A stretch of 64,000 nucleotides of DNA from an uncultured virus (IMG/VR IMGVR_UViG_3300025033_000017). Its lineage: Duplodnaviria; Heunggongvirae; Uroviricota; Caudoviricetes. The DNA lies in the IMG/VR virus record IMGVR_UViG_3300025033_000017. One strand, 5' to 3'. The notes below the pieces were generated by a model. The model made no database searches, was not told the DNA's origin, and was given only the letters and a program-made list of their open reading frames with translations. Position numbers and translations under genes: made by a program. Position 1 is the stretch's first letter. Each line of letters opens with the position of its first letter. Below are positions 20,215 to 29,342 of the stretch, in pieces.

Positions 20215-21015
20215 ATGACGATTCAAACGATGATTGACAATCTAATGGCTAAGAACAAGGAAGGGTTTGTTGACTCATTTCTTGCTGTAATGACGGAAAA
20301 AGTTGCGGAGGCACTTGACGTGAAGCGCGAAGAAATTGGCGCTACCATGTTTCAAAAGGAAGGACTAGAAGGTTATTCGAAAGATGACCTTGAAGAAGGC
20401 ACGAAAGCCGTAATGCGAGTCGGTTTTGACCCAGCCAATCATGCAGAACGACTAATGAAAGCAGATTATTTCCAGTCAAATCACTTCGATTATGGAGTTC
20501 GTTCCGCTAAGAAGCGTCTTGAAAAGGGCACTTTCGATCCTCAGCGGAATTTGAAGATGGGAGAAAACCTATCAAAGGTCGGCGAGTTTAGACTTGGTGA
20601 TAAGACTAAACTGAATGCAGAAGAACACCGTCAGGTTGGTGTACATTTGGCTAAGAAGATTGAAGATGCTATCGGTTACAAGCGCCCGACCAATGAAAAC
20701 TTTGAACAATCTATCACAGCCCGCCAAGGCACTACCGGTATAAAAATGTCGGCCAGAGATCACGCTATCAACATGCCAGGTCGTCTAGTCAAAGGTAAGT
20801 CTTATGGTGCACAAGTAAAAACTGATGAATTGGGTGATGAAGTTTACGATGAACCAAAAGCAGAAGCTCCAGTAAAGCGTGGTCGTGGTCGCCCTTCAAA
20901 GGCAACCGAACACGGCGGCAAGAACTTTGATTCGTCTGCAATTGCTGACTTGTTGAAGCAAAAGATGGGCGCATTACCTAAGGTCAAAAAGTCTACAAAG
21001 TACAAAGGAGCATAA
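20215..21015 (+). CDS. Prohead core protein, gp67-like N-terminus with long extension
   Basis: First ~50 aa resemble gp67 (EKVAEALDVKREEIG); position directly after portal; AT-hook-like KRGRGRP near the C-terminus. Confidence 0.55.
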   Translation: MTIQTMIDNLMAKNKEGFVDSFLAVMTEKVAEALDVKREEIGATMFQKEGLEGYSKDDLEEGTKAVMRVGFDPANHAERLMKADYFQSNHFDYGVRSAKKRLEKGTFDPQRNLKMGENLSKVGEFRLGDKTKLNAEEHRQVGVHLAKKIEDAIGYKRPTNENFEQSITARQGTTGIKMSARDHAINMPGRLVKGKSYGAQVKTDELGDEVYDEPKAEAPVKRGRGRPSKATEHGGKNFDSSAIADLLKQKMGALPKVKKSTKYKGA

Positions 21016-21017
21016 TC

Positions 21018-22142
21018 ATGCCTAAGGCACTTTATGAAACGTTCAACATGGTATCGGGGGGGATAAGATATAAGTTCTATCATCCTGAACATGGTGGATT
21101 AATTACTTCACAACCTGCCGAGTGGGGAAAAACCTCAAATGCAGTTAAGTCTATGCAGACTGCTGCAAAAAATCTAGGTAAATCCATCATAGTCAAGGAT
21201 GTCTCAGGAAAGCATGTTGCAAACATTCATGCAGATGGTTGGAAAGACTTGACTGAGGAAGTTGAACTTGAGGAAGGTTCCGCTTTCGTCGGTAACGTGT
21301 ATCGTGATGGTACTTTCCATAAAGCATGGAAAGATGCTAATGGAGAAGTGGTTGTTAAGAATACAAAAACTGGTGAAGAACATCGTGGTAAGAATCTCGA
21401 AGACCTTGAGAAGCATGGTTACTCACAGATGCATAGTGAAGAACATACTCCCGATGATGAAAAGAAGAAGATTCTATTCAACATACGCATTGCTTCAACG
21501 GAACACTATCCAACAAAACATTTGAATCATGCTGATCCTGAAATTGCGAAAGCAGCTAAAGAAAAGCTGGAATATATTAAAAATTCCCGCGAAAATTCTG
21601 CATATATGAATAACCCAGATAAAGAGTTTGGTATGAATGAATCTCACGTCGGCTTCGCCACGCTCGCTGCCAAAGTAGGACCAAGGGTCGCTGCATATAT
21701 TGGCGACAAGAAGTATGGTAAGAAGAAGATGGAAAAGGCTGCTGAAGAATATCCGACGTTGACTGACTCCATCAAGTCCGCTCTTGCTCTAAAGATGTTG
21801 AAGAAAGAACTTATCTCCGAAGGTTTTGCCGAGACAAATACTGTTGTTACCGGCAACAATTCCGGCGTTTACTTCTTCAATGAAGAAACAAAGGAAAACG
21901 TTGTGATTCGTGGTGGTATTGTCATGTCTCTGGACGAAGCAAAAGAAAAACTCGACTCTATTACCGCGAAATCAATTCTTAGTCAACATGGTGACAAAGA
22001 TTTTTATCAACTGTCTTCAAGTGCAGTTCATTCTCTTTTGACACATGCCAAGAAATACGGATATCGTAAGTCGAAATATGCTTCTGGTTCCACTGCCAGA
22101 ATGTTTCATCAACATCTAAAGCGTCTTGCAAACAAGGAATAA
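21018..22142 (+). CDS. Putative internal head polyprotein
   Basis: Unrelated basic modules separated by hydrophobic-x-E sites; located in the head-core cluster. Confidence 0.5.
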   Translation: MPKALYETFNMVSGGIRYKFYHPEHGGLITSQPAEWGKTSNAVKSMQTAAKNLGKSIIVKDVSGKHVANIHADGWKDLTEEVELEEGSAFVGNVYRDGTFHKAWKDANGEVVVKNTKTGEEHRGKNLEDLEKHGYSQMHSEEHTPDDEKKKILFNIRIASTEHYPTKHLNHADPEIAKAAKEKLEYIKNSRENSAYMNNPDKEFGMNESHVGFATLAAKVGPRVAAYIGDKKYGKKKMEKAAEEYPTLTDSIKSALALKMLKKELISEGFAETNTVVTGNNSGVYFFNEETKENVVIRGGIVMSLDEAKEKLDSITAKSILSQHGDKDFYQLSSSAVHSLLTHAKKYGYRKSKYASGSTARMFHQHLKRLANKE

Positions 22143-22144
22143 AA

Positions 22145-22693
22145 ATGACTCAATTAGTTTATTTTACTCAAACATTCACGCCCACAGAGGTTACTCTCGC
22201 CGGCGGAGTCCTTACGTTCGGTTTTGCAACTAATCATTTGCTGACTACTGGGCAAACAATTAAAGTGCAGTGGATTGGTTCTCCAGTAGCATTCACAACC
22301 ACTGTTGCATCCACTCCAACAGGGACATCATTAACTGCTAACGTACCATCAACTGGAAACGGACCCATTGGACCTAATCCAAAAATCGACTGTTTTGTGA
22401 CTGCTTCATATTACACAACAGGATTTACTGGTGCTACAGCGGCTGTATCGTATAAAAATAATTCTACTCGCCCCGGAGTGGTCCAATCCTACGTTACTGG
22501 AACTGGTGGCGCTGCTTATACTCTACAAATTAGTTTGGATGGGTCTCACTGGATTAATATAAATACTATAACACATTCATCGGTTACCGACGATACTCAG
22601 TATACGATTATTGACCCTACCATAAATTTTGTCAGAGCATCAATCACTAGTATTGGTGCAGCAACTCAGTTAACAATAATGCAAGCGTCATAA
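22145..22693 (+). CDS. Hypothetical Thr-rich beta-structured virion protein
   Basis: Composition and operon position. Confidence 0.6.
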   Translation: MTQLVYFTQTFTPTEVTLAGGVLTFGFATNHLLTTGQTIKVQWIGSPVAFTTTVASTPTGTSLTANVPSTGNGPIGPNPKIDCFVTASYYTTGFTGATAAVSYKNNSTRPGVVQSYVTGTGGAAYTLQISLDGSHWININTITHSSVTDDTQYTIIDPTINFVRASITSIGAATQLTIMQAS

Positions 22694-22708
22694 GAAGGAA
22701 TATCCATA

Positions 22709-23195
22709 ATGAGTTTACAACAATTTGTTTCAGGAAGTAACTGGTCGCCGTGACTCGTCCATCCGATACTACAGCATATGCCGCTGGCGACGTGGTTGGC
22801 CCGCCTGGTGGTGGTTCTGATGTGAGACGTTTGCGAGCATTGGCGCAGTCAATGGCACGTTCATGTGACCGACGTGTTGCTGCGCATTTTTGCCACCTCA
22901 GTCCCTAGCGGCATGACTAATTTTCGCCCCCACTTGTGCAGTGCGTCACCCGCGTCAGCGTATTCGGATAATGCGGCATGGGTTGCCTGATGGCTACGCC
23001 GGCTACATCGGCTACATTGACCTGCCAACAATGGCAGTCAACGGCAGTTCGCTGTACGCGCAAATCAGTCAGATCAACAAAGTTATCGAACTGGATGCGT
23101 CTGGCAATTGCTATGGTTATCTGGTCACGACTGGCGATGATTGGGCTGACGAGGGTAATACCAAGTGCTGTTCAATAACCCTCGCAGATTACTGA
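22709..23195 (+). pseudogene. Multiply frameshifted, GC-richer structural gene remnant
   Basis: Fragments VTRPSDTTAYAAGDVVG, SVPSGMTNFR...SAYSDNAAW and YIGYIDL...YGYLVT separated by frameshifts; visibly GC-richer than flanks. Confidence 0.6.
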
Positions 23196-23282
23196 TCGGG
23201 CTGCTGTTCTGGTTCGTGCGGCTAGGCGATTCTCGAACTCACAAGGCTTCAGTGCAATAACTCCATAATTAGGTAATTATAA

Positions 23283-23921
23283 ATGAAACTCATATCAGAA
23301 CTATCAGAAGAAGTACAGACGATTACCGAATCTATCGGCGGTAAGAAAACATATTTTATTGAGGGCATCTTTACTGGAACTGCACCAAACAGAAATCAAC
23401 GTATATATAATGAATCAGTTCTAAATGGAGCTTTAAAGAAGTTTCAGCCGATTATCGAAGCTAAACGTGCCATGGGTGAATTAAATCATCCTGCTGGACC
23501 AACGATTAATCTTGATCGAGTATCCCATCTTATTGAATATATGAAATGGGATTCTAATGGTAAAGACGTTCTAGGTCGAGCAAAGATTCTAGACACGCCA
23601 ATGGGCAAGATTGCTCAAAATCTTTTGGAAGGCGGTGCCCAACTTGGAGTTTCTACTCGCGGTTTGGGTTCGATCAAACAACTCGGTAATGGATTATCAG
23701 AGGTTCAAAGTGATTATACGATGAATACAGTTGATATTGTTGGCGACCCCTCATATTCCCAAGCACTGGTAAATGGTCTTCTTGAAGGGCGTGAATGGGT
23801 AATATCCAAAACAGGTGAGATTGAAGAAATTACAATAGAACAACTGAAAAAGAAAAAAATCACAGAAGAACGTAAATTAGCGGCATTCAAATTTTTCGTC
23901 GAGTCTTTACTAAGAGAATAG
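23283..23921 (+). CDS. gp21: Prohead protease gp21
   Basis: GELNHP, RVSH, GVSTRGLGS and DIVGDPS motifs. Confidence 0.95.
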   Translation: MKLISELSEEVQTITESIGGKKTYFIEGIFTGTAPNRNQRIYNESVLNGALKKFQPIIEAKRAMGELNHPAGPTINLDRVSHLIEYMKWDSNGKDVLGRAKILDTPMGKIAQNLLEGGAQLGVSTRGLGSIKQLGNGLSEVQSDYTMNTVDIVGDPSYSQALVNGLLEGREWVISKTGEIEEITIEQLKKKKITEERKLAAFKFFVESLLRE

Positions 23922-24000
23922 AGTAACATGTCCTTATTGCGGCAAGCTTGCGGCAAACCAGTTATGATTAGATATCATTTTGATATGTGTAAATATAAGG
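23921..24000 (+). pseudogene. C-terminal zinc-motif remnant of a homing endonuclease
   Basis: VTCPYCGK, then in a shifted frame GKPVMIRYHFDMCKYK, matching the CPxCGK...RYHFDxCK tail of T4-like endonucleases. Confidence 0.5.
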
Positions 24001-24080
24001 ATGTAGAAAATAATATTGATGAATATAGTGAGCAAAATCGCAGTTGTACTAAATAATATTACGAATTATAGGAGTTGTAA

Positions 24081-25073
24081 ATGAGTCTCGAATCAAAAAT
24101 TAAAGACTTGCTGGAAGGCAAGAAGCTGCCAGGAGTTTCAAACGATGAAGCATCCCAAGAAGGTGCTGTATCCGATGAATCTGTAGACAAAGGCGCCCAA
24201 GCCGCTTCCGACAATGCAAAGGCCGAAACAGGCAAGTCAAAGAAGCTAGATAACGGAACTATGGATACAAGTGATCCTGCTGGTGGCGGTCAAGACGGGC
24301 AAACAAAGTCCGACAATGCAAAGATCGATGCTGGTAAGTCAAAGAAACTTGGTAACTCAGTTAAAGAACATATGGACGCACTTTCTTTTGGTGAAGACCT
24401 CTCAGAAGACTTCATGGTCAAAGCAGCAACGATCATGGAAGCGGCAATTGCCGAAGGTGTTGAACAAGAATTGAATCGTCTAGATGAAGAATATGCTCAA
24501 CGTCTTGACGAGGCAGTAGACGCAGTAAGGGATGAGTTAGTTGAAAATATTGATGGATACATGACCGAGGCAATTAACACTTGGTTGGAAGCGAACGAAT
24601 TGGCCCTTGAACGCGGTATTAAAGGTGAAATCATTGAAAACTTTATTGATGGATTGAAGAATTTATTCACTGAGCATTACATTGATGTACCTGAGGAAAA
24701 GTTGGACATTCTAGATGAACAAGCAAGCGAAATCGAAGAACTGACCGCTGCCCTTGATGAATCTGTTTCTACTATGGCGAACATGGAACAAGAGATTGTT
24801 ACATTGAAGCGCGCAAACATTGTAGAGAATGTAGGGTCAACACTGACAGCAACAGAGAAAGACAAGTTTGTTGGTTTGTGCGAAGGTCTTACCTTTGAAT
24901 CAGCAGAGACTTTTGAACAAAAGGTCAAAACAATAAAGGAAAGTCATTTCCCCAAGACTAAAAAAGCAACCGTAATTGCTGAGTCGGATACTCCAGTTCA
25001 ATCCGTTGAATTGAATAACACGATGGCAGCATACGTAAACGTCCTTTCTGGTCCTCTATCATTCAAGCGTTAA
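24081..25073 (+). CDS. gp22: Prohead core scaffold protein gp22
   Basis: Acidic coiled coil; GEDLSEDF and LFTEHYIDVPEEK motifs; late-like ACTAAATA upstream. Confidence 0.92.
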   Translation: MSLESKIKDLLEGKKLPGVSNDEASQEGAVSDESVDKGAQAASDNAKAETGKSKKLDNGTMDTSDPAGGGQDGQTKSDNAKIDAGKSKKLGNSVKEHMDALSFGEDLSEDFMVKAATIMEAAIAEGVEQELNRLDEEYAQRLDEAVDAVRDELVENIDGYMTEAINTWLEANELALERGIKGEIIENFIDGLKNLFTEHYIDVPEEKLDILDEQASEIEELTAALDESVSTMANMEQEIVTLKRANIVENVGSTLTATEKDKFVGLCEGLTFESAETFEQKVKTIKESHFPKTKKATVIAESDTPVQSVELNNTMAAYVNVLSGPLSFKR

Positions 25074-25103
25074 TTATAAACACAAAGAAAAGGAAGTAAC
25101 AAA

Positions 25104-26450
25104 ATGAAACTAACTCCTCAACAACTCCAAGAAAAGTGGGCGCCAGTCATTGACCACAGTGACATGCCCGAAATCAAGGATCCTTACCGTCGTGCTGTTA
25201 CAGCTATCTGTCTTGAGAACCAAGAACAGGCTATCCGTGAAGAACGCGAAACCCTTAACGAAAACGGCACTCCTGGTATTGCTCCTGGTAACATTACCGG
25301 TAACGTTGGTAAGTTTGACCCAGTGCTTATCGGTCTAGTTCGTCGTGCAATGCCTATGCTGATTGCATATGACCTGTGCGGTGTTCAACCTATGAATCTG
25401 CCTACTGGCTTGGTCTTTGCTCTGAAATCGCGTTATGGCGATCAAAGCACGATTTCTGCTGGTACAGAAGCATTGTATCAAGAAGCTAACTCTGCTTACT
25501 CCGGTGGTGAATTCGCTGCTCAAGCAACTAGCAATACCCCTTGGGATACTACTACTGGCTACACCGCTGGTACGTCAGGTATCAACGACGGAACTGGTTC
25601 AGGTGTCAATATCAACACAACGTTGGCTATGTCTACGACTGCTGCTGAAGGTGTTATTCCTGCTACCATGGGCTTCACCATAGAGAAGCACACCGTGACC
25701 GCCCAGTCACGTGCTTTGAAGGCTGAATACTCAATCGAATTGGCACAAGACCTTAAGGCTGTTCATGGTCTGGATGCTGAGGCTGAACTGAGCAACATTC
25801 TGTCCCGTGAAATCACCGCAGAAATCAACCGTGAAGTTATCCGTAAGATTTACACCATCGCTATGCCTGGCGCTGACTACGGTACTACCAACGCTGGCAC
25901 ATTTGACCTTGACACCGACGCAAATGGTCGTTGGTCAGTTGAACGCTTCAAGGGTATGCTGTTCCAAATCGAACGTGATGCTAACCGTATCGCAGAAATC
26001 ACCCGTCGTGGTCGTGGTAACATGCTTCTGTGTTCCGCCGACGTTGCATCTGCTCTGACAATGGCTGGTATGCTGGACTACGCTCCTGCTATCTCTGCTA
26101 ATCTGACAGTTGATGAAGCAAGCACAACATTCGCTGGTGTTCTAAATGGCAAGTACAAGGTTTATATCGACCCGTACATGTCAAATGGTTCATCGAATCA
26201 GTATTACCTAGTTGGTTATAAGGGTTCTTCTCCTTATGACGCTGGTATGTTCTACTGCCCATACGTTCCGCTGCAAATGCTTCGCGCAGTTGATCCTAAC
26301 ACCTTCCAACCTAAGATCGGTTTCAAGACGAGATACGGTATGGTTGGCAACCCACTGGCTGGCGCCGATGCAGACTCTCTGGGTAACGTTGGCATGGCTG
26401 CTCAGAAGAATGGTTACTATCGCATGACCAAGGTCGCTAACCTGACCTAA
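25104..26450 (+). CDS. gp23: Major capsid protein gp23
   Basis: EKWAPV, DPVLIGLVRRAMP, ELAQDLKAVHGLDAEAEL and FQPKIGFKTRYG motifs. Confidence 0.98.
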   Translation: MKLTPQQLQEKWAPVIDHSDMPEIKDPYRRAVTAICLENQEQAIREERETLNENGTPGIAPGNITGNVGKFDPVLIGLVRRAMPMLIAYDLCGVQPMNLPTGLVFALKSRYGDQSTISAGTEALYQEANSAYSGGEFAAQATSNTPWDTTTGYTAGTSGINDGTGSGVNINTTLAMSTTAAEGVIPATMGFTIEKHTVTAQSRALKAEYSIELAQDLKAVHGLDAEAELSNILSREITAEINREVIRKIYTIAMPGADYGTTNAGTFDLDTDANGRWSVERFKGMLFQIERDANRIAEITRRGRGNMLLCSADVASALTMAGMLDYAPAISANLTVDEASTTFAGVLNGKYKVYIDPYMSNGSSNQYYLVGYKGSSPYDAGMFYCPYVPLQMLRAVDPNTFQPKIGFKTRYGMVGNPLAGADADSLGNVGMAAQKNGYYRMTKVANLT

Positions 26451-26477
26451 TAAGTAAAAGTAGTTTGGATGTATTTG

Positions 26478-26507
26478 AGGGGGAGCCTATAGGCTCCCCT
26501 TTTATTT
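26478..26507 (+). terminator. Rho-independent terminator after gp23
   Basis: GGGGAGCC/GGCTCCCC stem followed by a T-rich tract. Confidence 0.85.
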
Positions 26508-26561
26508 GACAATATTAAACATATGTGTTAATATAGACGTGATAAATAAACACTAATTAAT

Positions 26562-27980
26562 ATGACAGAACATTCTTGGTACACCTCAGTTTATCCAAAA
26601 ACACCAACTAATTTCCTAGAGTTTTTGGAACGGAATTCGATAACAGAAGAAAACTGCCCGACTTGTCCTGTATGCGGCAAATATGCATCTTATGACAAGT
26701 CGTATTCTGATAAATTTATAAAATACTGCTCCGATGCTTGTTCAAAAAAACATGGAAGATTGTCTGATGATCAAAGAACAAAACTTAGCGACAAATCATG
26801 GTTATACGAACAAAGAATCACACTTAAAAGAACGTATGACTCAATTGCTAATGAGTTAGGCTTATCAGTTATTCCGATAAAGAAATACTGTAAGATTCAT
26901 GATATACCTAAAGTGAGATATAATGAATCTTTATACTCGGTAAAACAAAAAGTTCTTGATTATGAATGGTTATATCATGAGCATAAAGTAAAACATAGAA
27001 CTTTAGATGAGATTGCAAAAGACGTAGGAACAACAAAATCCACCTTGTCGGTCTACTTAAAAAAACACAAAATTGAAGCAAATTCCCCAAATTCTTATGA
27101 TCGGGAATTTACCAGAGAATCTAAACAACAAAAAGAAGTCAATGATTTTATCAAATCTCTTGGATTTTCAACAAAAACTGGAGATAGAAAATTGCTTGGT
27201 AATGGTCAAGAATTAGATATTGTCGTTGAAAGTAAAAAGATTGCATTTGAGTTTAATGGTGTGTTTCATCATCTGTATAGACAAAATGAAAAATCCGTTT
27301 CTGCCAGAAAAGACTCTAACTATCATTTGAATAAAACGGTACTTGCTGAAAAGTCTGGTTATAAATTATTTCACTTATTTTCTGATGATTGGTCATACAA
27401 TACTAATGTAGTCAAATCAATAATAGCATCAAAGTTGGGTATCTATACCGATAGATTATACGCTAAAAATTGTGATGTAAAACAAATAGACAAGCAAACT
27501 AAGCAAACGTTTTTAAAAGAAAATCATATTCAAGGCAGTGATTTTTCGTCGTTTTTTTATGGTTTATTTTATAAAAATGATCTAGTTTGTGTGATGACTT
27601 TTTGTAAATCGAGATATAACAAAAAATTTGATTGGGAATTGAGTAGATTTGCTACCAAAAAGAACACTCAGGTTGTTGGAGGATTTTCTAAATTACTTCA
27701 ATCTTTTAGAAAAGACCACTCGGGGTCGATAATTTCTTACGCAGATAGATGTTTGTCTTTTGGTGATGTATATCAGTCAAATGGTTTTGAATTGATAAAG
27801 ATTAATCCTCCTAGTTACTGGTACGTCAATATAAAAGAACAACATGTACGAATGCATAGGGCAGCATTTATGAAGAAAAAAATCGCTCCAAATGATAATC
27901 GCCCTGAATGGATTATTTTGAAAGAACGTGGCATAGAGAGAATATGGGGCTGTGGCACCCTAACTTTTGGCATTCGATAA
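26562..27980 (+). CDS. Hef-like homing endonuclease (zinc finger, HTH repeats, Vsr/DUF559-like nuclease and C-terminal domain)
   Basis: CPVCG...YCSDAC; ELDI...AFEFNGVFHH; FLKENHIQG, WELSRF, GGFSKLL, ISYADR and IWGCG motifs; AT-rich insert after gp23. Confidence 0.75.
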   Translation: MTEHSWYTSVYPKTPTNFLEFLERNSITEENCPTCPVCGKYASYDKSYSDKFIKYCSDACSKKHGRLSDDQRTKLSDKSWLYEQRITLKRTYDSIANELGLSVIPIKKYCKIHDIPKVRYNESLYSVKQKVLDYEWLYHEHKVKHRTLDEIAKDVGTTKSTLSVYLKKHKIEANSPNSYDREFTRESKQQKEVNDFIKSLGFSTKTGDRKLLGNGQELDIVVESKKIAFEFNGVFHHLYRQNEKSVSARKDSNYHLNKTVLAEKSGYKLFHLFSDDWSYNTNVVKSIIASKLGIYTDRLYAKNCDVKQIDKQTKQTFLKENHIQGSDFSSFFYGLFYKNDLVCVMTFCKSRYNKKFDWELSRFATKKNTQVVGGFSKLLQSFRKDHSGSIISYADRCLSFGDVYQSNGFELIKINPPSYWYVNIKEQHVRMHRAAFMKKKIAPNDNRPEWIILKERGIERIWGCGTLTFGIR

Positions 27981-28004
27981 ATACACAACATGTGAGGTCA
28001 ACAA

Positions 28005-28202
28005 ATGAGCATAGACAAATATCTAGATGTATTGAGTAGCACTGACAGAATAAACACACAAGAAGTATCAGAAGCAGATATCGCAGCCTTTGCATCATCT
28101 TGGTTAGTAGAGAAGGGATATCCGGTCATTCACACCGACTTTCACGATCTTCAACAAGATTTCCTAAACAAGAATTATCCAGCGAGACAAGAAAATGCCT
28201 GA
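28005..28202 (+). CDS. Hypothetical protein
   Basis: GAGG RBS; late-like GATAAATA upstream. Confidence 0.55.
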   Translation: MSIDKYLDVLSSTDRINTQEVSEADIAAFASSWLVEKGYPVIHTDFHDLQQDFLNKNYPARQENA

Positions 28203-28650
28203 TATAGGTTGCGAATACGATTTTAGTCTGTTTCAACAAACTTCTTATCAACTGAATTTCAGTAAGATTCCGGGTGTACCCTTTTACTGTCATTCTATCG
28301 TGTTGCCCGAAATGGTGATGAACAGCGCATATATGGCAACTCGCTTTCACGATATTGCTTTGCCAGGTGAGAAGATAAAGTTTACTGATCTTACGGTTGA
28401 GATTCTGCTTGATAAGAATCTAACAACGTATCTCCAGATTTACAACTGGATGCGAAATCTATCAGTTTTGAATTCAATCAAGACAACTGATATGTCTAAT
28501 TGTAACGTAACTGTTGGACCGAAGTCGTTTATCATGAACGGAGTATATCCAATATCACTTCCTTCCATGACACTAAGATCGAATCCAACGGACGCTGATC
28601 CAATCACGTTTACGGCCGCATTCGCCGTTGAGTGGTTCGACATTCAGTAA
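28195..28650 (+). CDS. gp3: Tail tube terminator/completion protein gp3-like
   Basis: PGEKIKFTDL, YLQIYNWM and YPISL motifs; synteny before uvsY. Confidence 0.8.
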   Translation: MPDIGCEYDFSLFQQTSYQLNFSKIPGVPFYCHSIVLPEMVMNSAYMATRFHDIALPGEKIKFTDLTVEILLDKNLTTYLQIYNWMRNLSVLNSIKTTDMSNCNVTVGPKSFIMNGVYPISLPSMTLRSNPTDADPITFTAAFAVEWFDIQ

Positions 28651-28710
28651 ATTTGACTTCACCAAATTCATATAGTATTATGGTCATATGTGTAAAACTA
28701 TGAACATACT

Positions 28711-29151
28711 ATGTCAAAAATTGAAGATATTCTACTAGATTGGAAAGAGGACTCGAAGATAAATCAACTCAAAATTGCTGAGGAGATTGCTCGTGTTCCT
28801 TTTCTACATTCAAAGTACCTCGCATACTTTGTCGAATTTCGCTCAAAACGGGCGGCGGCAATTCGTGCACTTAGTGCACTCAAGAATCTGAAACGCAGAT
28901 ACTACCGTGGCGAGTTTACTAAAAATGATCTCATTTATCACAACTGGCCGCAATGGCAAGGTCTAAAGCCAAACACCACAGAACTAAATCAATTATTTGA
29001 ACAAGACGCTCAATTGAACGAAAAAGAGGAACGTCTTGAGTATTACAATACTTCATTGAGTACGATTGAATATATCATGAAGGAAATTAACTCGAGAGGA
29101 TATTCACTAAAAACATTGTTCGATTACCAGAAGTTCATGGAGGGAAATTGA
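28711..29151 (+). CDS. uvsY: Recombination mediator UvsY
   Basis: WKEDSKI, PFLHSKYL, YYRGE and INSRGYSLK motifs. Confidence 0.9.
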   Translation: MSKIEDILLDWKEDSKINQLKIAEEIARVPFLHSKYLAYFVEFRSKRAAAIRALSALKNLKRRYYRGEFTKNDLIYHNWPQWQGLKPNTTELNQLFEQDAQLNEKEERLEYYNTSLSTIEYIMKEINSRGYSLKTLFDYQKFMEGN

Positions 29152-29152
29152 T

Positions 29153-29342
29153 ATGATAGACGATTCACTAACCGAGAAACGACAAGAAGCATTGCGACAG
29201 ATTTTTGAAAAAAATTGGTAATGAAAGTTTCAATCGTAAACTACGCAAGGAACTCTTAGAAATTGAAGAAAGGGAGCAGCGTTATAAATTAGAACAAATG
29301 CTTCTTCGGGAAAAACATAGATATGATACTTACAATATATGA
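29153..29342 (+). pseudogene. Small gene interrupted by a +1 shift in an A7 run
   Basis: Removing one A at 29208-29214 gives a continuous ORF whose TGA overlaps the uvsW ATG (ATGA). Confidence 0.55.
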
